Below are positions 7,592 through 15,963 of a stretch of DNA of 20,000 nt, piece after piece. The translations under genes were made by a program, and so were the position numbers. The notes under the pieces were generated by a model, which did no database searches, was not told the DNA's origin, and saw only the letters and a list, made by a program, of their open reading frames with translations. Within the stretch, counting starts at the first letter, position 1. The number at the start of each line of letters is the position of its first letter. The stretch comes from Deltaproteobacteria bacterium (GTDB lineage: Bacteria; Myxococcota; JACRCW01): contig JACRCW010000081.1 of NCBI GenBank assembly GCA_016218805.1, forward strand, positions 51,609 through 71,608, written 5' to 3'.

Positions 7592-9358
7592 TCACGAAAA
7601 CAGGACCGGCCGGCCCGTCAGCGTGGGGTCCGTGCCCGACGCATGTGGCACCAGCGAGCGCAGGATGGCGCGCACCATCTGGGGCAGGCTCAGGTGGCTG
7701 CCATCCACCACCACGCGGTCCGGCCGGGGCGGGGGGGGCGCCTCGTCCGGGTCCGGCGGGGGCGGGACGGACGGCGGTGGCGGCGTGGTTTCCAGGTGCG
7801 CCTGCCGCCGCGCCGCGCGCAGCGCCGGGGACGCCCACAGCTGGAACACGCGCGCGCTGGGCGGCATGAGCCCCTCCAGGCTCTTGGCCTCCACCACCGC
7901 ACCCCGCACGCCCGCACGCAACACAAACTCCCGCAGCGCCGCGCGCACCGCCGGGTGCTCCAGGACGTCCGCCGCCGGCCCCGCAAAGCCGGAGGTGTCC
8001 CGCGCCGCCTGCAGCGCATCATGCCCGTCCCACAACAGCCGCAGCTTCCCGTCAACCAGGTGCACCTGCAGGCGCCGCACCATGTCCGCCAGCATGGGGC
8101 CGTCCACCGCGTCCGGCCGGCCGGTGGCCCACGCGGCGGAGCGCAGTACCGCGGCAATGCCCACCCACGGCACCCGCAGCCGCTGCGCCAGGTCCTGCGC
8201 CAGCGGCGTCTTGCCTGTGTACGGGGGACCCTCCACGCCCACCAGCGGACAGGTCCCGCGCAGGCGCAGTTCCTCCACGGCAATGAGCGCACCCATGGCG
8301 CCCACCTCGCTGAGGGACAGCGGCCGCGCCGGCCCGGTGAAGTCCCGCAGCCCGTTCATGGCCAGCCGCATGTTCTCCCGCGCCACGTCGGCAAACCACT
8401 CCAGCGCCTCGCCCTGGCCGGACAGGCCCTCGTCCAGCACGTCCGTGAGATCCTGCAGCTCGCGCAGGCCGCCCACCGCGCGCTGCAACCGGAACAGCAC
8501 GCGCCACGCGCACACCCGCGGCACCAGCGTGGCGTCGCGCCCGGCGCGCTGGGCCAGGTAGCCTTCCAGCACGGCCCGGGTGGCGGCTTCCGTGAGTTCC
8601 GCGCGCTCCGCCAGCTGCGCCAGGTCCGCGGCGCCGTCTCCCGCGTGGGATTGCTCAAACCCGGTCAGCATCCACCGGTCATCCACCGTGCGCATCACGC
8701 GCGGCAGGTCAAACGCGCCGTGACACAGCACGCGCGGGGGCGGCGGAAGGAAGTGGTGCTCCTGCGCCACCACGTAGCGCCGCAGGGCGCGCATCAGGTC
8801 GGACAGGCTCATGGTGAGCAGGTCCTGCGGCAGCCCGTCGCGCTCGCGCCGCGCCAGGTAGGCTTTCACGTCGTCAGACAGCGCCTGGAAGGCAGCCATC
8901 AGGGACACGGGGCCCAGCGTGGGCGCGCGCAGGCGCAGGGACACATCGCCCTCGGCGTGCAGGCGCGCCAGCACGCCGCCCACCTGGCCGGCTTCGTCGC
9001 CCTGCAGCGGCGCGGTGGGGCGCTTGCCCGCGGGTTCGCGCAACAGGTGGTGCGGCTGGGGCAGCACTTCCGTGCCCAGGGATTCCGCCAGCAGCTGCGG
9101 GGCCAGGCCGGACCCGGCCAGGTAGCGCAGCGCAAACGCCTCACGCTTGAGCCAGGCCACCTTCTGCGGGTGCGCCACGCGCAGCGTCACGCGCTGGCGT
9201 CCGGTGGACAGCAGCACGGATTGCAGCAGGAAGTTCCCGTGTTCCCCCTTGATGGTGACGCGCCCCGCGCGGATGCCCGCGCGCGTGAGCAGCACCTGCG
9301 CCGCCTGCAGCGTGCCGCGCGGGCCGGGGAAGCTGCTGTCGGTGGACGAGCCGACCAT
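7592..9358 (-). CDS. Fusion of an aminoglycoside-phosphotransferase/choline-kinase-like domain and a cytidylate-kinase-like domain, both degenerate (~588 aa)
   Basis: N-domain: LKREAFALRYL, APQLLAE, VLCHGAFDLPRVM, MLTGFEQSHAGDGAADLA (APH motif order and spacing). C-domain: VGVEGPPYTGKTPLAQDLAQRL, PAVRAAL, LWASPALRAARR, VVVDGSHLSLPQMV (Cmk-like). Start chosen at ATG 9358 to avoid overlapping the upstream gene; start uncertain. Confidence 0.8.
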   Translation of the reverse strand: MVGSSTDSSFPGPRGTLQAAQVLLTRAGIRAGRVTIKGEHGNFLLQSVLLSTGRQRVTLRVAHPQKVAWLKREAFALRYLAGSGLAPQLLAESLGTEVLPQPHHLLREPAGKRPTAPLQGDEAGQVGGVLARLHAEGDVSLRLRAPTLGPVSLMAAFQALSDDVKAYLARRERDGLPQDLLTMSLSDLMRALRRYVVAQEHHFLPPPPRVLCHGAFDLPRVMRTVDDRWMLTGFEQSHAGDGAADLAQLAERAELTEAATRAVLEGYLAQRAGRDATLVPRVCAWRVLFRLQRAVGGLRELQDLTDVLDEGLSGQGEALEWFADVARENMRLAMNGLRDFTGPARPLSLSEVGAMGALIAVEELRLRGTCPLVGVEGPPYTGKTPLAQDLAQRLRVPWVGIAAVLRSAAWATGRPDAVDGPMLADMVRRLQVHLVDGKLRLLWDGHDALQAARDTSGFAGPAADVLEHPAVRAALREFVLRAGVRGAVVEAKSLEGLMPPSARVFQLWASPALRAARRQAHLETTPPPPSVPPPPDPDEAPPPPRPDRVVVDGSHLSLPQMVRAILRSLVPHASGTDPTLTGRPVLFS

Positions 9359-9435
9359 GGGGCCGCGCACGCTAGCAGCAGGACGGACGCCGCCACCATG
9401 GCGCGGCCGGGCACGCCGTATGGCAGGGTCCCGCA

Positions 9436-10326
9436 TCAGGCCAGCGCGGCGTACGCGTCGTGCGCTTCGCGCACCAGGTCCTCCACAATCTGGCCCACCG
9501 GTTTGATCTGGTTGATGAGCCCCACGCCCTGCCCGGCGCTCCAGATGTCCCGCCACCGCTTGGCGCCGTCCGGGCCCCGCGCCACCTCAAAGTCCGCCGG
9601 CACCGTGTCACGGATGAAGTTGGCGTGGATGCCGGAGATGCGGTCCGTGTAGACAATGTCCTCCGGCCCGGCCGTCAGCACCCGCTGCTTGTAAGCGTCC
9701 TGCGCACCGGACTCGGCGGACGCAATGAACCGCGTGCCCATGTAACAGAGCTCCGCTCCCAGCGAGAGGCTCGCCAGGACCTGCCGCCCGTCGGTGATGC
9801 ACCCCGCGGCAATGATGGGGACTTGCAGTTCCTCCTTCAACCACGGGTAAAGCACAAACGGCGAAATGGTCCCCGCGTGCCCGCCGCCACCCGCCGCCAC
9901 GGCAATGATGCCGTCCACGCCCGCCTTGACCGCCTTGCGGCCGTGCGTGAGGCCAATGACGTCATGGAACACCACCATGCCGTGCTCATGCGCGCGCCGG
10001 ACAAACTCCGTGGGATTGCCGTAGCTGGTCAGCAGCACGGGCACGCGGTGCCGGATGCACGCCGCCAGGTCCGCCTCCAGCCGCTCCGGTGGCGTCAGGC
10101 CAATGGTCAGGTTGATCCCAAAGGGCCGGTCTGTGCGCGCGCGGATGTACGCCAGGTCCTGGTCAAACTGCTGTGGCGTGCGCGCGTTGAGGGACGGCAT
10201 GCACCCCAGGATCCCGGCTTCTGCGCAGGCCAGGATCATGTCCGGGTTGGAGAGGAGGAACATGGGTGCCGCAACAAAGGGATACCGCAGACCCAGGCGT
10301 GTGCTGAGAGGCGTGGCAAGCTTCAT
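9436..10326 (-). CDS. Nitronate monooxygenase / 2-nitropropane dioxygenase family flavoprotein
   Basis: YPFVAAPMFLLS, PFGINL, AGVDGIIAVAAGGGGHAG, PIIAAGCITDGR, LGAELCYMGTRFIASAES, WRDIWSAGQGVGLI. ATG at 10326. Confidence 0.92.
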   Translation of the reverse strand: MKLATPLSTRLGLRYPFVAAPMFLLSNPDMILACAEAGILGCMPSLNARTPQQFDQDLAYIRARTDRPFGINLTIGLTPPERLEADLAACIRHRVPVLLTSYGNPTEFVRRAHEHGMVVFHDVIGLTHGRKAVKAGVDGIIAVAAGGGGHAGTISPFVLYPWLKEELQVPIIAAGCITDGRQVLASLSLGAELCYMGTRFIASAESGAQDAYKQRVLTAGPEDIVYTDRISGIHANFIRDTVPADFEVARGPDGAKRWRDIWSAGQGVGLINQIKPVGQIVEDLVREAHDAYAALA

Positions 10327-10430
10327 GGCGAGCGAACCTAGCACCACGCGCGCGGTTGGCCTGCCGCCGCCGTTGGTGCATCCTGTCCCGCATCCTGTCG
10401 GTCACCCTGTTCAAACCCGAGGAGCCCGCT

Positions 10431-12176
10431 TTGGACGCCGCGGTTGCCTGGCCCCCCAAGTCGCCCCTGCACCGCGCGCTGCTGGCCGCCGCGTTGTTCG
10501 TTGTCGTTGTGCTGCTGGCCGCGGGGCTGCGCGGCTGGGCCGGCTTGGATGCGGGCGCGCTGCTGGTGCTGCCCGCGTTTGCCACCGGCGCGTTGCTGGG
10601 CGTGCGCGGCGGGCTCACGGCGGCGGGCGCGGGGTGCCTGGCCGGCGTGGCGGTGCCGCTGTGGTCTGGCGTGGCGGCCGCGGATGCGCTCATGCTTGGG
10701 GTCCCGCTTGCGGTGGCGCAACTGGCGGCCGGGGCGCTGGCGGGCCGGCAGCACCAGCGCCTGCGCGTGGCCCGTTCCGCCCTGGCGGACCAGCGTGACG
10801 TGGAGGAGCAGGTCACCTTCATGGCCTACCATGACCTGCTCACCAGCCTGCCCAACCGCCTGTTGTTCACGGACCGCCTCCAGGTGGAGATGACGCGCGC
10901 GCGCAAGCACTCCGAGCAGCTGGCGGTGATCTTTGTTGACGTGGACCGCTTCAAGGTCATCAATGACTCCATCGGGCATGAAGCGGGTGACGAGGTGGTG
11001 TCCGAGGTGGCAACCCGCCTGAAGGCCGGCCTGGGCGAGCACGACGCACTGGCGCGGTTTGCGGGGGACAAGTTTGTGCGGCTGTGCGGCGGGCTGCGCA
11101 CCGCGTCCGACGCCGACAAGGTGGCGGCGGGGATTGCGCACGCCATGAAGGCGCCCTTCCGCGTGCGGGACCGCCCGCTCAATGTCACCGTCACCATGGG
11201 CATTGCATCCTTTCCCAGCGACGGGAACGACGCCTCCACGTTGCTGCGCAACGCGGAAGTGGCCATGTACCGCGGCAAGGAAAAGGGCCGGAACACCTGC
11301 GAGACCTACGACCCGTCCATGAACGCGCGCGCCGCCGAGCGCCTGGGCCTGGAGACGGACCTGCGCACCGCGCCCGTCAACGGCGAGCTGCGCGTGTTCT
11401 ACCAGCCGGAGGTGGATGCACGGACGGGGCGCGTGGTGGGCGTGGAGGCGCTCATCCGCTGGCAGCACCCGCGCCTGGGCCTGGTGTCCCCCATGGATTT
11501 CATTCCGCTGGTGGAGGAAGCGGGCATGGCGGACCTGGTGGGCGGTTGGGTGCTGCGCACCGCGTGCGCGCAGGCGCGGGTGTGGCAGCGCATGGGGCAC
11601 TCGTTGCGGTTGGGGGTGAACGTGTCCGCGCGCCAGGTCACCGGCGGCCGCCTGATGCGGGACGTGGAGGCCGCGCTGGGTGAATGCGGCCTCCCGCCCG
11701 GCCTGCTGGAACTGGAGATCACAGAGAGCATTGCCATGAACGAGGACGCCGCCGCGCTGCAGACGCTGGAGGAGCTGACGGGCAAGGGCATCCGGATCGC
11801 CATCGACGATTTCGGGACGGGCTATTCGTCGCTGTCACGCCTGCGGCGCCTGCCCGTGCAACGGGTGAAGATTGACCGCGCGTTTGTCATGAACGTGGAC
11901 AAGGACGAACGCGACACCGCCATGGTCAGCGCGATTGTGGCGCTGGCCCGCGCGCTGAAGATTGATGTCATTTCGGAGGGTGTGGAGACCCCCGCGCAGC
12001 GCGAGAAGCTGGTGGAGCTGGGGTCGGACCAGCTGCAGGGCTACTACTTCGCCCGGCCGCTGCCCAGGGAGGAACTCACCCGGCGGTTGTCCAAGACCCG
12101 CGGCTCCGTTGTCCTCCCGGATTCGTCGCCACCGCAGGCCGCCACCGCGCCCAAGCCGGTCCCCGCCGGCGGTTGA
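10431..12176 (+). CDS. Membrane-anchored GGDEF-EAL protein; EAL phosphodiesterase intact, GGDEF degenerate
   Basis: GAGGAG SD 6 nt before TTG 10431; hydrophobic N-terminus; AYHDLLTSLPNR, DVDRFKVINDSIGHEAGD, RFAGDKF; VEALIRWQHP, LELEITES, DDFGTGYSSL, KIDRAFV, EGVET, QGYYFARP. Confidence 0.93.
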   Translation: MDAAVAWPPKSPLHRALLAAALFVVVVLLAAGLRGWAGLDAGALLVLPAFATGALLGVRGGLTAAGAGCLAGVAVPLWSGVAAADALMLGVPLAVAQLAAGALAGRQHQRLRVARSALADQRDVEEQVTFMAYHDLLTSLPNRLLFTDRLQVEMTRARKHSEQLAVIFVDVDRFKVINDSIGHEAGDEVVSEVATRLKAGLGEHDALARFAGDKFVRLCGGLRTASDADKVAAGIAHAMKAPFRVRDRPLNVTVTMGIASFPSDGNDASTLLRNAEVAMYRGKEKGRNTCETYDPSMNARAAERLGLETDLRTAPVNGELRVFYQPEVDARTGRVVGVEALIRWQHPRLGLVSPMDFIPLVEEAGMADLVGGWVLRTACAQARVWQRMGHSLRLGVNVSARQVTGGRLMRDVEAALGECGLPPGLLELEITESIAMNEDAAALQTLEELTGKGIRIAIDDFGTGYSSLSRLRRLPVQRVKIDRAFVMNVDKDERDTAMVSAIVALARALKIDVISEGVETPAQREKLVELGSDQLQGYYFARPLPREELTRRLSKTRGSVVLPDSSPPQAATAPKPVPAGG

Positions 12177-12278
12177 CGCGCGGGGGCGCATCCGCCAAAC
12201 GGCCGATGGCCGGCCCGGTGGCCGCCTGCCAAAGGCGTTGTCCGGCCGTATTTCTTCCCCCGTCACCAAGGAAACCCC

Positions 12279-13253
12279 ATGCGCCAGATGCGTCACGTCC
12301 TGCTGTTTCCCCTTGTGCTCGCCGGCTCCCTGCCGTTCGCGTGCACGGGCGGCAACTCATCCTCCTCCTCGGGTGACCCGGGGCGGAGCAGCTCGTCCTC
12401 GTCGTCCACGTCGGGTGGGTCCGGTACCAGCGGCACGTCGGGCACCTCCGGCACCAGCGGTACGTCGGGAACCAGTGGCACGTCCGGGACCAGCGGCACG
12501 TCAGGAACGTCGGGGACCAGCGGCACGTCCGGGACCTCCGGCACCTCTGGCACGTCGGGGACCTCCGGCACCAGCGGCACGGGCAGCAGCGGCACGTCGG
12601 GCACGTCCGGTACCAGCGGCACTTCCGGTACCAGCGGCACGTCGGGCACGTCGGGCACCAGCGGCACGTCCGGCACCACCAGCAGCGGCGGTTCGTCGGG
12701 CGGGGCGTCATGCGGGACGCTGACCATCTTTGGCGAATGCCAGACCTCCACGCTGCGCTACTGCGGCAGTGACAACGCCTTGCACTCCGTTGACTGCGCG
12801 GCCACTCCCTACCCGTCCGGGACCACCTGCGGTTTGGTGGACAATGAGTGGGGCTATGACTGCCTGCTGCCCACCGGTTCAGGCTGCCTGTATGACGACG
12901 GACAGGGCGGTTCTGTCCCCGGTTTTTGCGCCGGCGACACGGCGTGCATGTTCGACTACCAGGCCGCCGACGGCGGAGCGTATGCAAACTGCACGGGTGG
13001 CTTCGCGTCCACCTGCGCCATGCCCACCGGGGACGCGGGCTTTGCGCCCACCTGCAAGGACACCAACACGCTCATTGCAGACTGCTATTACAGCGAGCCC
13101 CTGGCGTTTGACTGCGTGCCGGGAGCGTGCAGCAACGGCGCCTGCGTTGGCATCCAGGGTTCCGCCTGCAATCCGGCGGCGGGAAGTCTGCTCACCTGTG
13201 GCGGCGGCCTGACTTGCACGCCGCACGACGGTGGTTTCCCGACCTGCGAGTGA
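12279..13253 (+). CDS. Cys-rich lipoprotein with a long Ser-Gly-Thr repeat linker (324 aa)
   Basis: Signal peptide ending LPFAC; AAGGA upstream; 28 SGT units followed by a domain with 20 Cys; followed by a terminator. Confidence 0.85.
   Translation: MRQMRHVLLFPLVLAGSLPFACTGGNSSSSSGDPGRSSSSSSSTSGGSGTSGTSGTSGTSGTSGTSGTSGTSGTSGTSGTSGTSGTSGTSGTSGTSGTSGTGSSGTSGTSGTSGTSGTSGTSGTSGTSGTSGTTSSGGSSGGASCGTLTIFGECQTSTLRYCGSDNALHSVDCAATPYPSGTTCGLVDNEWGYDCLLPTGSGCLYDDGQGGSVPGFCAGDTACMFDYQAADGGAYANCTGGFASTCAMPTGDAGFAPTCKDTNTLIADCYYSEPLAFDCVPGACSNGACVGIQGSACNPAAGSLLTCGGGLTCTPHDGGFPTCE
12420..12677 (+). repeat. 9-bp coding tandem repeat (Ser-Gly-Thr)18-Gly-Ser-(Ser-Gly-Thr)10
   Basis: Units such as tccggcacc, agcggcacg, tcgggcacg, tccggtacc; amino acids invariant while codons vary. 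Confidence 0.92.
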
Positions 13254-13277
13254 ACGACTGACCCATCAGCATTCAAT

Positions 13278-13322
13278 GCGCGGGGCGCTTTCTCTTTCGA
13301 GGGGGCGCCCCGTGTTCTTTTT
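13278..13322 (+). terminator. Rho-independent terminator between convergent genes
   Basis: Stem gcggggcgctttctc / gagggggcgccccgt (with G-U pairs), 4-nt loop, followed by ttcttttt; starts 25 nt after the 13253 stop. Confidence 0.8.
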
Positions 13323-13399
13323 CGCTGACACAATTTCCGCGCCCCCGCCAGGGTCATCGCGGGACGCACCACGTGTCTCGCCGCCGTTCCCGGGACTGC

Positions 13400-14614
13400 T
13401 CACCGGGTGCCGGGTGTTTTGATCCCGTATTGCCGCAGGATGCGTTTGGCCACCGTCTCCAGGTGCACCTCGTCGGAACCGTCGTAGATGCGCGCCGCGC
13501 GTTCGTGCGCGTACCAGTAGGCCAGCGGCGTGTCGTCGGTCATGCCCAGCCCGCCCAGCACCTGGATGGCGCGGTCCAGCACGCGTTGCAGCGTGCGCGC
13601 CACGGTGAACTTGATGAGCGAAATCTCCTCGCGTGCCGCGTACGCCCCTTCAGTCTGGATCTTCCACGCCGCGTGCAGGACCATCAGCCGCGCCGCGTGG
13701 ATCTCCGCGCGGCTCTCGGCAATCCATTGCTGCACCATGCCGCGCGTCCCCAGCGGTTTGCCCGGCGCCAGCTCGCGCGTGGCCGCGTGGTGGCACATGG
13801 TCTCAAACGCGCGTTCACAGATCCCAATCCACCGCATGCAGTGGTGGATACGCCCGGGCCCCAGGCGCTCCTGCGCCAGCACAAATCCCGCGCCCTCGCC
13901 GCCCAGCAGGTTGTCTGCCGGCACGCGCGCGTCGTGGAACATCACCTCGGCGTGGCTGGCCCAGTCCCCGCCGCGCTCACCCATGATGGAGAGATTTCCC
14001 ATGATTTCAAATCCCGGTGTTCCCGCCGGGACAATGATCATGCTGGCGCGCGCGTGCGGGCTCTCCGCGTCGGGGTGGGTGACCGCCATGCAGATGGCAA
14101 ACGCCGCGCCCTCCGCGCCGGTGGTGAACCACTTGTGCCCGCGGATGACCCAATCCCCGCCATCGCGGCGCGCGGTGGTTCCCAGCCAGGTGGGGTTGGA
14201 CCCGGGGAACTCCGGCTCCGTCATGGCAAAGCAGGAGCGGATTTCGCCGCGCACCAGCGGGTGCAGGAAGCGCTCCTTCTGCGCGTCCGTCCCGTGCTCC
14301 ATGAGAATCTCCATGTTTCCCACGTCGGGCGCCTGGCAGTTGAACACCCAGTGGCCCACCGGTGAGCGCCCCAGTTCCTCGCTAACGTGGGCAAACTCCA
14401 GCAGCGTCAGCCCCGCACCGCCGTGCGCCACGGGAATGTGCGCGGCCCACAGGCCCGTCTCGCGGGCGCGCCGGCGTTTCTCATCCAACGCGGGGCGCAT
14501 GGCCTTGAACCCGCGCCGGCGCAGTTCCCCTTCCAGCGGCAGCAGTTCCCGGGTGACAAATTCACGGATCGTGTGACGGACGGCGGCAACGCGCTCGGGC
14601 TCGGTGAAGTCCAT
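13400..14614 (-). CDS. Acyl-CoA dehydrogenase
   Basis: FNCQAPDVGNMEIL, RSCFAMTEP, WVIRGHKWFTTGA, AQERLGPGRIHHCMRWIG, DRAIQVLGGLG, RAARIYDGSDEVH. ATG 14614 (MDFTEPERV). Confidence 0.95.
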   Translation of the reverse strand: MDFTEPERVAAVRHTIREFVTRELLPLEGELRRRGFKAMRPALDEKRRRARETGLWAAHIPVAHGGAGLTLLEFAHVSEELGRSPVGHWVFNCQAPDVGNMEILMEHGTDAQKERFLHPLVRGEIRSCFAMTEPEFPGSNPTWLGTTARRDGGDWVIRGHKWFTTGAEGAAFAICMAVTHPDAESPHARASMIIVPAGTPGFEIMGNLSIMGERGGDWASHAEVMFHDARVPADNLLGGEGAGFVLAQERLGPGRIHHCMRWIGICERAFETMCHHAATRELAPGKPLGTRGMVQQWIAESRAEIHAARLMVLHAAWKIQTEGAYAAREEISLIKFTVARTLQRVLDRAIQVLGGLGMTDDTPLAYWYAHERAARIYDGSDEVHLETVAKRILRQYGIKTPGTR

Positions 14615-14652
14615 GACCCGGGTGTAGCACCGTCCGCGCTCAGTGCACACAA

Positions 14653-14669
14653 GATACCAACAAGGTATC
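14653..14669. promoter_or_regulatory. Palindromic candidate operator GATACC-N5-GGTATC
   Basis: Perfect 6-bp inverted repeat in an AT-richer patch about 40 nt upstream of the acyl-CoA dehydrogenase start, in a divergent intergenic region. Confidence 0.45.
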
Positions 14670-14880
14670 CATGGTTGATTGGACGTCATTCGGCTACCCC
14701 AGCCCGCCCCGCGGCGTCGTCCTCCGCCCGCTCTCCTTCCCTGCGCCTCTCTGCGTCCGCACGCCCCGCGGTTCCGCCACCGGGTGGCGGGCTTCCTGCG
14801 GCCATGGCGCTACGGCGCCACCCTGCGCTACACCGCGCCGCGCGCGGGTGGAATCCCGCGCGCGACGGAGGAGCCAACGC

Positions 14881-15372
14881 ATGGGTCGCCACCTGCAGCA
14901 CGCACTGGTCACGGCGTTGGTCCTTGCCGCGCTGCCGGCGTGCGTGAACGTCCGCAAACGGACAGAGACCACCAACGAAACCAAGCTCTACGGCGACTAC
15001 GCCGCGGCGGGGCTGGGGCAGGGCACGTACGTGTACATGGTCACCGGGCTCACCGGATCGGCGGCGGCCAACCCCGGTGACGAGGATGCCATGAGCAGCC
15101 TGGGCACCCGCGCCATGGACGCGCTGGTGGCGCGCGCGCGGCTCAAGCGCAACCAGGCGCTGGTCAACGTGACGGTGGAGCGCGGCATGGCGTACCTGGG
15201 CAACCGCACCAAGTACGTGGTCACCGTCCGCGGCGACGTCATCGAGTTCGTCAACAACCTGCCCAACCCGCCGGATCCCGAACAACTGCGCAAGGGCGCG
15301 GCACCGGAGGATGACAACGGTGCGGACGCGGGCGGCAGGAAGAAGAAGAAGAAGAACGCGGAGGAGGACTGA
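14881..15372 (+). CDS. Small lipoprotein, DUF6567-like (tentative), 163 aa
   Basis: GGAGGAG SD before ATG 14881; signal ending LAALPAC; core MDALVARARLKRNQALVNVTVE...VVTVRGDVIEF; charged low-complexity tail. Confidence 0.8.
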   Translation: MGRHLQHALVTALVLAALPACVNVRKRTETTNETKLYGDYAAAGLGQGTYVYMVTGLTGSAAANPGDEDAMSSLGTRAMDALVARARLKRNQALVNVTVERGMAYLGNRTKYVVTVRGDVIEFVNNLPNPPDPEQLRKGAAPEDDNGADAGGRKKKKKNAEED

Positions 15373-15373
15373 C

Positions 15374-15901
15374 ATGGGCACCCGCCACGTTGTCACCGCG
15401 CTGGTGCTGTCCGTTGCCGCTTGTGCCTCGCCGCCGGCCCCGCGCCCGGGTGGCAGCTACGAATACGAGATGCCGCAGCTGGCCACCAAGCTGCACGCCC
15501 CCAACTTTGAGTACGTGCGGTTCGGCGTGACCGGGGTGGCGCAGATGGACCCTATCCGGCGCCGCATGTTCAAACGCGAGGAAATTGGGCTGGTGAACCT
15601 GGCGCTGGAGGACCTGTACCGCAAGGTCCCCATGGAGGGCGGCCCGTATGCGCTGGTCAACGTGGTCACGGACGTGTCCTCCACGCGGGTGTTCCGCATT
15701 GTGCAGGACAACAACGGCACGCGCGAGACCCTGATTGACGCGTTTCCCAACACGCTGGTCATCCGCGCGGACGTGGTCCGCTTCCGGCTGGTGAACCTGG
15801 AGAACCCGCCCGCGCACCCGCTGACGGACGCGGGCCGCGCCGGGCTGCGTGACGTGGTGCTGGCGGCGCTGGCGACGCGCCTGGGCCCGGCCGTGGATTG
15901 A
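15374..15901 (+). CDS. Small lipoprotein, paralog of the upstream gene, 175 aa
   Basis: ATG 1 nt after the upstream stop with GAGGAGG SD; lipobox VAAC; core LEDLYRKVPMEGGPYALVNVVTD...LVIRADVVRF. Confidence 0.8.
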   Translation: MGTRHVVTALVLSVAACASPPAPRPGGSYEYEMPQLATKLHAPNFEYVRFGVTGVAQMDPIRRRMFKREEIGLVNLALEDLYRKVPMEGGPYALVNVVTDVSSTRVFRIVQDNNGTRETLIDAFPNTLVIRADVVRFRLVNLENPPAHPLTDAGRAGLRDVVLAALATRLGPAVD

Positions 15902-15963
15902 ATGGGTTCCCAAGCAACACCGGCTGAGCTAGGAAGGCCGCGCGGGCGGGAACGGAGGAACGC

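Noticed and set aside
7592..8250. Calling the C-terminal domain a functional cmk, or the N-terminal domain an aminoglycoside resistance gene
   Set aside because: Substrate-binding and catalytic residues are missing, so no gene symbol was assigned.
7643..9652. Long antisense ORFs (7643..9652 +, 10338..11600 -, 13373..14365 +, 15457..16989 -, 16526..17875 -, 18978..19961 - and similar)
   Set aside because: Shadows of real genes caused by high-GC codon bias; no recognisable motifs.
12420..12677. SGT and Gly-X-Y (18465..18797) tandem arrays as CRISPR or non-coding repeats
   Set aside because: 9-bp period, in frame, synonymous variation, no spacers and no cas genes; they are coding repeats.
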